This document shows, one piece after another, positions 23,560 to 37,900 of a stretch of DNA of 64,000 nucleotides; within the stretch, counting starts at the first letter, position 1; each line of letters starts with the position of its first letter. Made by a program: the position numbers and the translations under genes. This stretch comes from Geosiphon pyriformis uo1 (taxonomy: Eukaryota; Fungi; Glomeromycota): NCBI GenBank assembly GCA_016748015.1, contig JAAOMT010000761.1, positions 111,331 to 175,330 of the forward strand. Direction: 5' to 3'. Under the pieces are notes generated by a model. It worked only from the letters and a program-made list of their open reading frames with translations, ran no database searches and was not told where the DNA came from.

Positions 23560-25750
23560 GGATATTTAATAAATATAGTTTTACTACTATCTAAAAGTTA
23601 GAAACAAACTAAGTATCTCAAGACTAAATGTAATTTACATGTTTTTTATATGTAACCAATTATTTAAGTCAGTTTAGGCTATATTATATTGATTTAACAG
23701 AAAAAAATTTATTCAAAAAAACCATTTTTTGAATTATATTAAGCAAAATAACATTACAAAGAACCAATTTAACTAGCCATTTAGTTATTTTTAAGGAATT
23801 GGTTTTAATATTAACAGATTTATGAACTTAAAATAATATCAAATTAGAAAACATCTTATTATTAATAACAACTTAATCTGTTGAATTATTAAACATGTCA
23901 ATATTATTTATGCAACACTTTTTTTTAATAAAATTACATCTTTTTTTAACTTATTAACAACTTTGCTAAAACCATCCAAATATATTATAAGTTTATTAAC
24001 CTTAAGGCTAAAGATGCTGTTTAACATAAAATTATTTTTAATAAATTGTTTAAATATATTTATTAAAAAACCAACAAAGTTAATAATAAATTTAACCAAA
24101 ATAGTTAATTTGGCCAAATCAGATTCCAAAAAGACCAACTAAAAAGAAATTAAAAAATTATTAATAACTACAGAAAAAAAAAAAAAAACTGTTAAAGAAA
24201 AAAATTTAAAAGAACTTACAAGAGCAAAAGTCTTGGCATAAAACTTAATGCTTATAAAATAGAATGTAAATATATTAAAAGTCTTGAAAGAAGAAAGTAA
24301 AGTTACTTTATAATCTACAGCCAAATAATTTATATTTTGACACTTAAAACAGTAAAGATTTCTTATTAGATATAGTACTTTCTCAATATATTGGTTTTGA
24401 TTATCACAGTATTCAAATCTACTTAAGAACTAAATATAACTAGTACAAACTGGAAATAACAACTAGAATCAAAAAAGCAGAAGATAAAACAAAACTGATT
24501 ACCAAGTTGTAAAATTATATTGCTGATTTCAAAAACAATATAGCCAAAAAAAAGATTAATTAATTTGGTTTTAAACCTATTTCAAAACAAAATAGTCTTA
24601 TTTTGATTAATTAAAAAAAAATTTAATACTATTTTTGTCTACCAAAACTAACCAATAATTCAAAGCAAACACAATAGCATTTAGCTTTTTAAAACAAACA
24701 ATCATGTATTATCAAACACCAACAGATTTTAGTACAACATAAACAATTTTATTAAAAATATTAAGTATTATCTTGATATTAGCAGCAAATATATTTAAAA
24801 ACATATTATGCAACACAACAATAGAAGAAGAAAAACCAGACTCAAAAACCACCAAAAATTTGGCAATTTTAAAAGTGATTAAGCAGATAAAACTAGAAAG
24901 CTCAACCAAAAATACAGTATTCAAAAAACTTTAAGAAGCAAACTTCATGTAAAAAAGCTTTAATATTGATTTTGCATTCAGAAAACCATGCACAAATTGA
25001 AAAACAGTCTTAACATAAGCCAATTTAATTTTAAAAATAATACCAGATACTAAAATAAAGATCATACACTTAGTAAATATTTAACAATTAGAAATAATTT
25101 TCTAAATACTACCAGTAACAGCACCAAAAACTAGCAAAGAAGATGCTTTAGTTTTTATCTAATTGGTCCAGTTTTTAAGAACAGATAATTTAACAAAAAA
25201 CTGTTGTTTTGTTTTTAAAATTGGCAATAATTTGTTAAAAAACATTATATTTGGCAATACAGCCAGTAATTAATCTTGGCCTATTTTAGATAATAAACCA
25301 GATAATATAATAAAAATTTCATTTAAAATTTTATTAAAAACCACAAAAAAATTCGGTATAATAATAACAGTAACAAACAACTGCTTTTGTTTTTTTGAAT
25401 TTTTGGTTTTTTTGACCATTTTTTTGAAAAAATAGTACTAGAAGTATCAAGTATAAAAAATATAGAAAAAAAGACCAGTTTATTAACCAATCTGTTATTA
25501 AAAACTTTTGAACTTTTGGAAGAAGTAAAAACAACACTAAAATTAATTCAAATGTGTTTCTTTAAAAAAACTTTAATTGACAAAAAACTAGCTAAAAATG
25601 AAAAAAATGCTTTAGTAATTACCAAAAGCAGTTTTTTATTATTATTAATTAAGAAAAAGACTTCTAAAACGTTTTGTTTAACTGTTTTTACAACAAAGAA
25701 AACTTTTTTGGTTAAATTTTTGTAAAATATTAAAGAAGAAGTATTAATTA
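23560..25750 (-). mobile_element. LINE 5' part (ORF1-like), highly decayed
   Basis: ORF pieces 23908-24924 (VFLVELSSFICL..FKIAK..V.ESG; LAFLESDLAKL-like) are homologous to 47703-48879. The LINE ORF1 assignment is by family recall, with no catalytic motif seen. Boundaries are approximate. Confidence 0.6.
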
Positions 25751-26499
25751 CAGTTTTTTACTTTTTACTTTGGTTGTAATTATGAAATTAAAGAAACAAA
25801 GAGTTTTTTATTATTAAAAATAATAATTTTTTATTATATTTGAAACAATATATTAATTTTAATCAAGCTTTTTTTATTTATTTTATTTTATTTTTAATTT
25901 AACATTTAAATTTTAAAAACAATTTTTTTGTAAATAATTATATAAATTTGGCTATTATATTTAACATTATGTAAACTTTAAAAATAAATTAATAATAACT
26001 ATTAATAAAATTTTAAATAATATTATAAAATTTTATACTTTACAATATTATTTTTTTAATATATAAATATATGATAAAATACAATTTTTTATATTAAATA
26101 TACAATATATTAAAATAATATATTTTGTAAATATTTAAGATTAAGTTTTTAAAACAATTATTATTTAGTTTTAATTAAAAAAAATTTTAAATATAATAAT
26201 CTAATTTTTTAAAAAATTGTTACTTAGTTTAAATATTTTTTAATTAATAATTATTTAATAAATTTAATAATTTTTTTTAAAACATAAAATTTAATATTAA
26301 ACTATTTAAGTTTTAAGAATTTTTAAAAAGCAATTTTTTTTTTAAATAATTAATACTTAGTATTTTAAAAAACTAATAAATTAATAATAAAAAATAAATC
26401 TAGTTGTAATAATCTGTTACATAAAACAACCTCGAAAATAGCTTCAATTAAGATCAAAAATTTTATTAAATTTTAACATGTAATAATAATATGTATTAT

Positions 26500-27786
26500 T
26501 TATTTTTATTGGATAAATTAAAGTTAGATTATTAATTTTATTAGAAATAAATGCAATGTTTAGTTATTGTAAAATAAGAAATAAACAAATAATTGACTAA
26601 ATATTACCTAATTTTAATATCTTGTACTATTGTGTTCTAAAAAACCATATCTATTACAAGTGTATTTTGTGTGTGGTTTTTCTTTTTTTTTAATAGCAGA
26701 CTTATAATATTTGGTTTTTAAGCATTTTTTATATTATAATACTTATGAATTTTCAATTTGCTCAAGCTTATTTTCTTTATTAGTATCATTAACTTAATTG
26801 TTATTTAGAACTTGGTCTTGATTTTAAAGTATAAACACTATTTTTTTATGTTGACTAATAAATTGTCTTAATTATATTATTATTTTACTATAATTATTAT
26901 GTTTAATAGTAAGCTGAACAGTTTATTATACAAGTTTCTACACTTTACTATGTTTTTGTTTTCTTTGTACTACAAGATGTAAAACATTGGTAATGGTCTT
27001 AGATACAGTTAAAAAATTTGGAACTGCTATTTTATTGGAAAAATATTTTGTAGTCTCTTAATTTATAAAACAAAAAGCTTTAATAACTAAATTATTATTT
27101 TATTATTATTAATATACTATTGTGAAAGTATTATTTAAATATAAAATTCTACAATTTTTGAATGTAGCATTACTTGAAAATAATGATGACAAATAATACT
27201 ACAAGATATACTAAACAAATATAAACAAAGATAAAAAATAAAATCAACAATTATAATAAAATATAAATGCTTACTGTTTTTTGGTCATAAATCTGTGATT
27301 TTTTATACTTTTTTAATGTTTTTTATTAACTTTAGCAATCATTAATTTTAATAAAACTTGTTTTATATTATACAGATTTTCAATAAAATTATTTGTTATA
27401 TTAAAACTAAAATCCTAAATATTAAAATGTTGTTAGATAAATAATTTAAAAAAGTATACTAGAAAATAAATTCTCTTACTTTATTATAAATATTGATATT
27501 CAATGATAATTAAATTACAATAAAGTATAAGCATTGTGCCATTTTTAAATATTCTATAGATAAGATATAAAACATGAAATATTGAGTTATTTATTTATCA
27601 ACCTCAGAAAAGAGATTATGACCAACTAATATAATTCTTATACAAGATAAGAATATAGAATATTCAAAAAAACGATTTCATTTTGTCTGATTTTTAAGTT
27701 TTGTATTTAATATACTAACAAGATTACACAAACTATTATTTACTAAAAACATATATTTAATAATATTGTTAAAGTCTTTAATGCAA
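26500..27786 (-). mobile_element. MULE/FAR1-like transposase remnant (SWIM finger plus C-terminal knuckle), cut by the B1 LTR
   Basis: Minus-strand translation at ~27110-27230 gives CLYLFSISCSIICHHYFQVMLHSK (decayed SWIM, CxC...GIICRH). At ~26640-26720 it gives KTKYYKSAIKK...YTCNRYG (decayed knuckle). Confidence 0.65.
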
Positions 27787-28799
27787 TATTATTAAAGATT
27801 TTTGGTCTTTTTTCTTGAATATTATTAATGTCTGTTTGCTGTGAATTCATGTTTTTTGGAAGTAGTTAAATCTTCAATAATTGAATTTATCTTTAAATTA
27901 TCTCTTATAATTTAAACCACTGAATTTATAAGTAAAATAACCAATTTTATGCCAGTTACTGTGTATAGTTATTTTGTGATAAAAGTCAACTTTTTCTTAG
28001 AAATTGCTTATCTGAAAGCTTATTAAAATATGTGTAGTTACTTTGTAATAAAATTCAACTTTTTCTCAGAAATTACTTGTCTAAAAACTTACTAAAAATG
28101 TGTAATTATTTTGCTGTAAAAGTCAACTCTTCTACAAAAATCTTGTTTGTAGACTACCTTAATAATTATAATAAGAAAAATAAAAAAAATGTAAAAAAAT
28201 TAGAATTTTATTAAGGGAATTATTTTCTATTTAGGTTTGAACTCACTAATAAATTATTAAAATTGATAGCTAGTCAATTTTAAAATGTTAGTTGAATTTT
28301 AAAAAATGTCAAGTGTAATTATTTCAAGAATTAGTTTTTTAAAGTATATTTTTATTTTGAATTGTACTAATAAGAATAAATCTAAAGTAAAATATTCATG
28401 ATATAATTTTTTTTTAAAAAAAAAAGCTTTTTTTTATACAACTTGTTATATAAACTTGAACTTTTCTTTTTGCTATTATTTTGACAAATTAAAGATACAT
28501 TTTGACAAACTACAAGTTATTTCTACGAATTATGAATAATTTCAGTAAACTATTAAGATATTTCACAAATTTCTACAAGTTTCTGCAAAATTATTAAATA
28601 TTATAGAGTTTGGAGTATTGTGTAATTTAATTATTTTAATTTCTATTGTACAAATCGAATTATTAATTAAATAGTGATATTTAATAATTTAATTAAAATA
28701 ATAAGCAATAATTAAAACAATGTTAATATATGCTAATTAATAATAGAAATTTTAAGAGTAATTTCATGTTAATTAATGGTTAGAATTCTACTGATAACA
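27787..28799 (-). repeat. 3' LTR of B1
   Basis: TATTATTAAAG...CTGATAACA termini; adjacent polypurine tract (minus strand GAGGAGGAGATTA). Confidence 0.85.
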
Positions 28800-31700
28800 T
28801 AATCTCCTCCTCAAGACTGAGCTTTATTAAAATCCAAACACTATCTGTAATTTCGAAATAGTGGTTCAAAATAATTGAAGTGATTTGGTCTGAAAATTTT
28901 CATTGGTTGAAGTATTAAATTTTGTAAGATATTTTTACAAGTATTAAATAGGTTATAGAGTTTAAGAACTGTTCTAAGTTTGTAATAAATGTTTGTTGAT
29001 CTAGCTGCTATCTTGAATTCATTGTAAATTTGTTTTTGTATAGCTTTAAAAGTAAAGTTTGTTGCTTTAAGTTCCAGTTTTCGTTCATAAAGTGTTTTTT
29101 CAATATAAAAATATCTAAAAATAGAAGTATATTTATGACTTTGTTCATTAAAAAACAGTTGAAATTTTTGTTGAGTTGTGGTATTTGGTAAAATATTAAT
29201 AAAAATAAATAAAATTTTTTTTTAAAGCTTGTTTCAAAAATTCTGATAATTAAATTTCAGAATAACTTCTTGTATTTTTTCTATAAGTGTGATAATTCTG
29301 AAAATTGTTTACTACTAGTGTTATAGTTTTTTTTTGAGTATAATTAATTTGATTTTATTAATTGTTATGAATAGATTGGGAAGTGTTTTCAAAGTTAACA
29401 TTAATTTTTGAGATATTTGTTGAATGTTTTGGGAAATAATTATAATAAAAATAAGTAAATTGGGAGTGAAATTTGAAAAAAAAGATTTTGAAAAATAAGA
29501 AATATTTTTGGGTATAGAGTTTTAATATATTTTTGGTTTTGGGTTTTCTTTGTAATTATTTACTATTTTTGTTTTTATGTTTATATTTATTAAAAAAAAA
29601 TATTATGATAACATTAAATTAAATGTTCAAGTTTGGTTGTTATTTTATGATAATTATTGGTTCTAAATTTCGAAAAATATTTTCAAAATTAATTAAAAAA
29701 AAATATATACCAATTGGTAAAATTAATAGTTCAGAATTTTTTTTGAAATAATAATATTTCAATCAATTTTTATATACAACTTTTGCTAAAACTTTGTCAT
29801 TAAATTTTAATTTATATAATCTATTGCTTAAGATTTTATGAATATAAAATTGTCTGTCTTATTTATATTCAAATTTTTTATTTCATTGTTTTTTAGTCTT
29901 AGTTTTATATAAGAAAATTTTGTTTTCAATTTTAAATTTGTTGGTAACTAATAACAATTTGTTGTCATATTATTTTTTTTGTTAAGCTTAAAAGTATTCA
30001 ATATAAGTGACTGCAATTCATTGTTTTTTCTAAGATGCTTAAAAAAGTGTAGGCTTTTTATTAGAGTGTTTTTTGGAAAATTTTTTCTGTAATGAATTGC
30101 ATTAAATATGTTTTTACAGTAAAATTAATTAGTAATATTGCTGTTTTTTCATAAGTAAAATTAAATAGTGTGTGTTTTATAGTATTTTGTCTTAATATTT
30201 TATATACTAGTAATACTAATAGAATAAAAATATACTATTTTTGTTCAAAATTGGTTGAGACTTTAGTTAAAAATTCACACAATATTCAGTTGACATGTTT
30301 TATAAATCTGTTTGTTTATGAGTAATAGAGTAATAATAAAAGTTTTTTAACATTAAATTATTTACAAATTTTTTGTATCAAGTTGTTCACAAAATGTGTT
30401 TTTTGATTAGATAAAAGTTTTTTTAAATGGTAATAAGTAGTGATCTAATTAAATTAATATTAACTCTGTCAAAAAATTATCCAACTTTAATTGGATTTAG
30501 AGATTTAGTAAAGTAAGTTCTTTTTTTTTTGACAATTATTATATGATTCTATATATTGTTGAATGTTTTTTTTGCATGTAAAGCCAAAAATAATATTTTA
30601 AAGTTCTTTGAATTGTATTTATTTCTTCCTAAATGTGCTAATAATAAGTTTGTATGCATGTTATAAAAGATGATTTCTTTCTTATTTTTTTGTACTAATC
30701 TGAAGAAGTTTGTTGAATTTTTTTAATTTCAATAATAAATTTTATTATAGTATAAGAAATATTGTTTTGATTAATGTTGTAATTGCTATTTGTTGATTAA
30801 AAACCAGTTTTTTGGCATAATAAAAGTTTCCAAGTAATTTTTGATGTTTTTGTAATTTCTGGAATTCATTGTTTATTGATTGTTTTGTTGTTATTAAGTT
30901 GTTGACTTGTAGGTTTTGATTTTAATCTTGTCTTATTCTTGAAAAACTATCTATATTAATGTGTAGTTTTTTTAATTTGTGGCATACAATGTATTTGTAA
31001 TCTACAAGAAAATCAGTTTATTAGAATTGTTTTGTACTGAGTTATAATTTTTTCTTGTTGAGCTATTTAAGACCAATATTGTTAGTTATAATGTTAAATT
31101 TTTTTCTATTTTGTAAGTATTATTGAAAATATTTTAAAGTCTAAATAATAGCTATTGCTTTTAGTTCAATAGAACCATATTTGTTTTTAATGAGTTTAAG
31201 TATTTTAATAGCATAGGCAATAATTTGCTTATTGCTATTGTTATCTAACTGTGATAAGATAGTACCAAATACTATATATAAAACATTAGTGACTAGGTAG
31301 AACTATTTGCTAAAATCTGGATAAACAAGAACTGATGCTGTTGTCAATTTTGTTTTAAGAGTTTTAAACACTTTTTGCTGTTTATTAGTTTATTAGTATA
31401 ACACATTTTTGTTGATTAAAAAATTTTTGATGAATTTTTAATAATAAGAGACTAATCCAATAAATTCTATTAATTTTGTAATATTTTGAAAAACTTGAAA
31501 TTTTTTAACAACACTAATTGTTCTTGGATTAGATTGAACTCTATTTTTGCTAATATTATGTTCAAAAAAGATTAAAACTTATTTTCTTAAAATAATATTT
31601 TTCAATGTTTAATTTTAATCTTGCTTTTTATAATTATTGAAAAACTTCTTACAGATAAATTAAATAAGCTTTAAAACTTGGTAAGTAGACATCAGTATTA

Positions 31701-31963
31701 TCAATATAAATGACTATTAATTGCCATAAGAGTCCTTTATAGACAATATTTATGAGTTTTTAAAATATTGCTTGTATATTACAGAGTTCAAAAGACATTA
31801 TATTGAATTCATAGTTTTTTTTTTGAATAATAAAGACTGTTTTGAAATGGTTTTTAAAATTTATTTTAACTTATCAATATTTATTTTTTAAGTCTAAAGT
31901 TAAGAAAAACTTGGCTTTTTCAAGAACATCTAATATGTTGTTGATTCTTAAAAGGGAGTATGT

Positions 31964-34900
31964 TATTACTAGAGGTTTTTGGTCTCTTTTCTTAAATGTT
32001 ATTAATGTTTGTTGATTGTAAATTCACGTTTTCTAGAAGTAATTAAATCTCCAATAACTGAATTTATCTTCAAATTATCTCTTATAATTTGAACTGCTGG
32101 GCTTATAAGTGCAATGACCAATTTCATGCCAATTACTTTATGTAATTATATTGTAGTAAACATCAATTTTTTTCAAGAATAGCTTATCTGAAAGCTTACT
32201 AAAAATGTGTAGTTACTTTGCTATAAAAGTTAACTTTTCTACAGGAATTCTATCTGTAAACTACCCTAATAATTATAATAAAAATAAAAATAAAAATAAA
32301 AAAATGTAAAAAAATAGAATTTTGTCAAGGAAAACGTTTTTTATTCAGACTTAGAGTCATTAACAGATTACTGAAATTAGTAGTTAATCAATTTCAAAAT
32401 GTTAGTTGTGTTAAGAGAATTTTAAGTATAATAATTAAAAATTTGGTTTTCAAATATTTAATTTTTATTTAAAATGTGTAAAAGGTAATATGTTCTAATT
32501 AAGATATCTAAAGTAAAATACTATGATAAGATATATTTTCTTGAAAAAAGAAGCTTTTTTTTTTATACAACTTGCTATAGTATTAGTTTTTGAACTTGTA
32601 CTTTTTTTTTTGTTCTAATTTCGGTAAACTAAAAATACATTTTGACAAACTACAAGTTATTTCTACAAACTATTGATTATTTCGGCTAATTTTTGTTAAT
32701 TTTGACGAATTTTTAAATATTAAATGGTTCAAAGTATTGTGTAATTTGATTATCTTAATTTCTATGATATAAATTGGGTTATTAATTAAATAATAATATT
32801 TGATAATTTGATTAAATAATAAGTAATAATCAAAATAATAATAATATATGCTAATTAATAATAAGAATTATAAGAGTAATTTTATGCTAATTAATAGCTA
32901 AAATTTTACTAATAACATAATTTTCTCCTCAAAACTGAGCTCTGTTAAAGTTCAAGTACTATTTGTAATATTAAAATAGTGGTCCAAAATAATTGTGGTA
33001 ATTTGGTTTGAAAATTGTTGAAATTTCAGTTTTGTGAGTTTGCCAATATATTGTGTCTTTATTGGTTGGAGTATTGGATTTTGTAAGATATTTTTGCAAG
33101 TATTAAACAAGTCATAAAATCTAAAAGCTGCTCTAAGTTTGTAGTAAGTATTTGTTGGTCCAATTGTTATCTTAAATTAATTGTGAATTTGTTTTTGTAT
33201 AGCTTCAGGAATGAGATTTGTTGCTTTAAGCTCCAGTTTTCGTTCATAAAATGTTTTTCCAATATAAAAATATTTATAGATAAGGGTATGTTCTTTGTTC
33301 TGTTTATTAAAAAATAGTAGAAGTTTTTGTTGGATTGTGGTATTTGGTGAAATATTAATAGAAGCAATAAAAGATTTTCTTTTAATGCTTGCTTTAACAG
33401 TTTTGGTAATTAACTTTCAAAGTAATTTCTTGTTTCTTTTTTATAAGGGTGATACTTTTGTGAATTATTTACTATTGAAACTGTGATTTCTTTCTGAATA
33501 TAATTAATTTGACTCTCATCAATTATTATGAATAAATCAGAAAGTATTTTTAAGGCTAACATTAATTTTTGGAATATTTGTTAAATATTTTGAAAAATAA
33601 TTATAATAAAAATAACTAACTAATAAATTTTTAAAAAAGTATAAAAAAAATTATTTTGGATATAAGATTTTATTTGTTTTTGAATTTGGGTGCTTTTTGT
33701 AATTATTTACTATTTTTGCTTTACATTTTGTGTATTATTAAAAAAATTATTGTAAAAATATTGAATTAAGCGTTCAAGTTTAGTTGTTGTTTTATTATAA
33801 CTATTGGTTCTAAATTTTGGAAAATATTTTTAAGATTAATTAAAGAGGAATGTATACCAATTTGTAAAATTAATGAATTAGAATTGTTTCTGGAATAGTA
33901 ATGTTTCAATCAATCTTTATGTGCAACTTTTGCTAATACTTTGTTATTAAGTCTTAACTTGTATAATCTATTGCCTAAAATTTTGTAAATATAAAATAGT
34001 TTATTCTATTTATGTTCAAATTTCCCATTCTATTGTTTTTCAGCTTTAGTTCTGTATAAGAGAACTTTATTTCCAACTTTCAATTCATTGATAACTAATA
34101 GCAGTTTGTTGTTATGTCTTTCTTTTTGTTGAGCTTATAAATATTCAATATAAGTTGCTACTACCCGTCTTTTTTATTTCAATATACTAAAAAAAGTATA
34201 AGCTCTTTTTTGGAGTGTTTTTTGAAAGTTTTTTTTATTGATTGGTTGTACTAGATATGTTTTTATTGTGAAATTAATTGGTAATATTGTTGTCTTTTCA
34301 TAAGTCAGATCAAATAGTATGTGTTTTATAGTATTTTGTTTTAGTGTTCTGTATGTTAGTAACACTAATAGAATAAAGATATCCCATTTTTGCTCAAAGT
34401 CATTTGAAACTTTGGCTAAGAATTCACATAATGTTCTGTTGAAATGTTTTATAAATTCATTTGTTTGAAAGTGATAAAGTAATAATAAAGGTCTTTTGAC
34501 ATTTGAATTATTCACAAATTTTTTGTATCAAGTTGTTCACAAAATGTTGTTCCTTGATCAAATAAAAGTTCATTTAAACATTTATGTCTACAAATAATGT
34601 CTTTATAGATAAAATTTGCTATTGATTTTGTATCTGTTTTTTGGATGGCTTTAGCTTTAAACCATTTGGTAAAATAATCTACTGCTACTGCAATATAACA
34701 ATTTTTTTGGGTTGTGATAAGTAATGATCTAATTAAATAATTCCAACTCTGTCAAAAGATTGTTTAACTTTGATTGGATTTAAAGATTCTGTAGGGGAAG
34801 TTTTTTTTCTTTTTTAACAACTATCACAAGATTCTATATATTGTCGAATGTCTTTTTGCATGTGGGGCCAAAAATAATGTTCAAGAGTTCTTTGAATTGT

Positions 34901-37900
34901 TTCATCTCTTCCCAAGTGTGCTAAAAAAAAATTTGTATACATATTGTATAAGATTGTTTTAATTAATATTGTAATCAATGTTTTTCACTTAGAAACCAAT
35001 TTTCTGGCATGGTAAAAGTCTTCAAATAGTTTTTAATATTGTTGTAATTTCTGAGATTCATTGTTGTTTGGTTATTTTTGTTGATAGGTTGGTAAGTTGT
35101 GGTAAAATTGCTGTTAATATCATTTTTGTTTCATTTTTGAGAGGTTGTCAACATTGGTGTATAGTTTTCTTGGTTTGTGATGTATAATATATTTGTAGTC
35201 TGCTAAAAAGTCATTTCATCAAGATTGTTTGGCATTTTGTTCAGATTTTTTTTTATTGAGCCATTTGAGACCAATATTGTTAGTTATTATGTCAAATTTT
35301 TTTTTCATTTTTCAGATATTGTTAAAAGTATTTAAGAGTCCAAATGACTACAGCAGTTTCTAATTCTGTTAAGTTATATTTGAGTTTTGTTGGTTTAAAT
35401 ATTTTACTGGCATAAACAATAACTTGTTCCTGGCAATTTTTATCTAATTGTGATAGGATGACACCAAATGCTATATATAAAGCATCAGTAACTAGTTAGA
35501 ATTATTTGTTGAAGTTTGGATAAGCAAAAACTAGGACTGTTGTTAATTTTGTTTTGAGAGTTTCAAAAACTTTCTGTTATTTTTCAGTTCATTGATACAG
35601 CACATTTTTATTGGTAAGATAATTGAGTGGTTTGGCAATTTCTGAGAATTTTTTTATGAATTTTTAATAATATAAGGCTAATTCTACAAATTCTTATAGC
35701 TCTGGTATTTTTGAAAGTTTGAAAGTTTTTAATAGCACTAATTGTTCCAGGATTTGGTTTAACTCCATCTTTGTTAACAATGTGTTCAAAAAAGATTAAA
35801 CTTGTTTTTCCAAAATAACATTTCTCAATGTTTAACTTTAATTCTGCTTTTTATAATCATTGAAAAACTTTTTACAGATAAATAAGATGAGCTTTAAAGC
35901 TTAATAAATACACATTAGTGTTGTTATGGTTGAAACTTATACTTTTTATTAATTATTACATGTATTAGCCACTAATGTCATATAAATTAACCACTCTATT
36001 TTTAGAAAGTGATCATTGACCTGATCAATGACCTGACTGTTGACCATTTTTGACAACTATATAAGCAATAATCTTTTAGCTGTAAAAAAGCATATAGAAA
36101 TCAAGGAAATCAAATAAATAAAATAACAACTTTCATCTCAATTTTTCTCTTATTACTAAATTCTCTTTTTCTACCTTTAAGTATCTGAATATCTTGAGAT
36201 AAAAGATTACTTGCTAGTTATTTTTTACTTTTTTTCTGAAATGTGTAATTGCAGTATTTGAAGATTATTAAATAAAATGTAATTGAAAAGTACATCTAAT
36301 ACCTGATATTGAATTCTAAGAGTGTTGACATGAGACATAAAATTATACCAGTGTGTAATTATTTGTTGACAGTACAGACTATCTCTCTACCTTCAGATTC
36401 CTGGTTATCTTTAGAAAAGTACAGCAACTGAAATATTTTATGAGACTAATCTCTCACATTGAATTCATACTTATTTAATTCACTTTTTGAAGTTAAATTC
36501 TTTTTTATTCCTTTTATCATCCTACAATCTTGTTCTCCTTTGCTATTTGTTAGCTTATTACTTCAACTCGTAACAATGTTATCAAAATAAACAACTCCTA
36601 ATTGCCATAAAAATTCTTCATATACAATATCCACAAGTTGCTAGAATGTTGCTGGTGTATTGCAAAGTCCAAAAAGCATAATATTGAATTCATAGTTTTT
36701 TTTTGGGTGGTAAATGCTGTTTTGGGCCAATCTTTTGGGTCTATTTTGATTTGTCAATATTTATTTTCAAGTCTAAGGTTGAGAAAAATTTGGCTTTTTC
36801 CAAAGCATCTAATATGTTATTAATTCTTGAAAGAGAGTAGACATTTTCAATTGTGACACTATTCAATTGTTATTAATCAACACAAAATTTGATTTTTCTA
36901 TTTTTCTTTTTAACAAAAACCACTAATAAAACCTATAGACTTCTTGATAATTGAATTAATCTATTATTAAGCATTCTTTGGAATTTTTTTCTGATAAATT
37001 GGTAACTAGCAGATAGAACTCAATAAGCTTGTTGATGTTTTGGTAGATCATTTTTTGTGTGAATCTAATATTGAACAATATCTGTTTTTTCTAAATTATT
37101 GTTGTCTTTTGCAAATATATTAGCAAATTCAACTATAAAGTATTTCAATTGTCTTTATTATTGAAGTTCTAAGAGACCCATGTTGATTCATAAAAGTTTT
37201 TTTTTCAAAAGATGGTAGTTTTTAGTAGTAGAAGTGATATTTGAATTTGAAAATAGAATATGTCTTATAATTTCAATAAAATTAAAAACAATCTAAGAGT
37301 TTTTATCTTGAAAAATATTGCTATGTATAATTATAATTTCTAATTTATTTAATAAAACAATAAGATAGTTGTTAGAATTGTAAAATATAACTTAAAATTT
37401 CTTCATTTTTTTTGAAATATAAATGTTTGGAATTAAAATTTCATGCTTTAAACAGATTTGTTCATTAGATTTAAAGATTTGTTAGATAGTAGTAGGCTTG
37501 GAACAAGTGTAAATTTTATGATGTTCTCCAAAAAATAATATGATAATTGGTTGGAAAAGTTGAAGAATCTGATAAGATTTATTCTATATATTAAGAACTA
37601 TATTTACTAAAACTGTGAATTGTCTGGTTGAACCAAAACCTTGTATTTTTCTTTTTTTTTTGCTTAATTGTTCTCTGTTACTAATTAATTTTAACTCTAA
37701 AATGTTGATTAAAGGTAAGTAAATTGCTTGAGCAATCTTTTCAGCATGTTTTATTCTGAATGGTTTATTAATTTCATTTTGTAGCATGATTGTAATGTCT
37801 CCAGTGTATTCTACATCTATAATTTTTTCTCTAATGCTGATTTTTTTACTGGCTAGGAATAATTGAGAAGCAATTTAAACTATTGCTCTTAGTAGAATTT

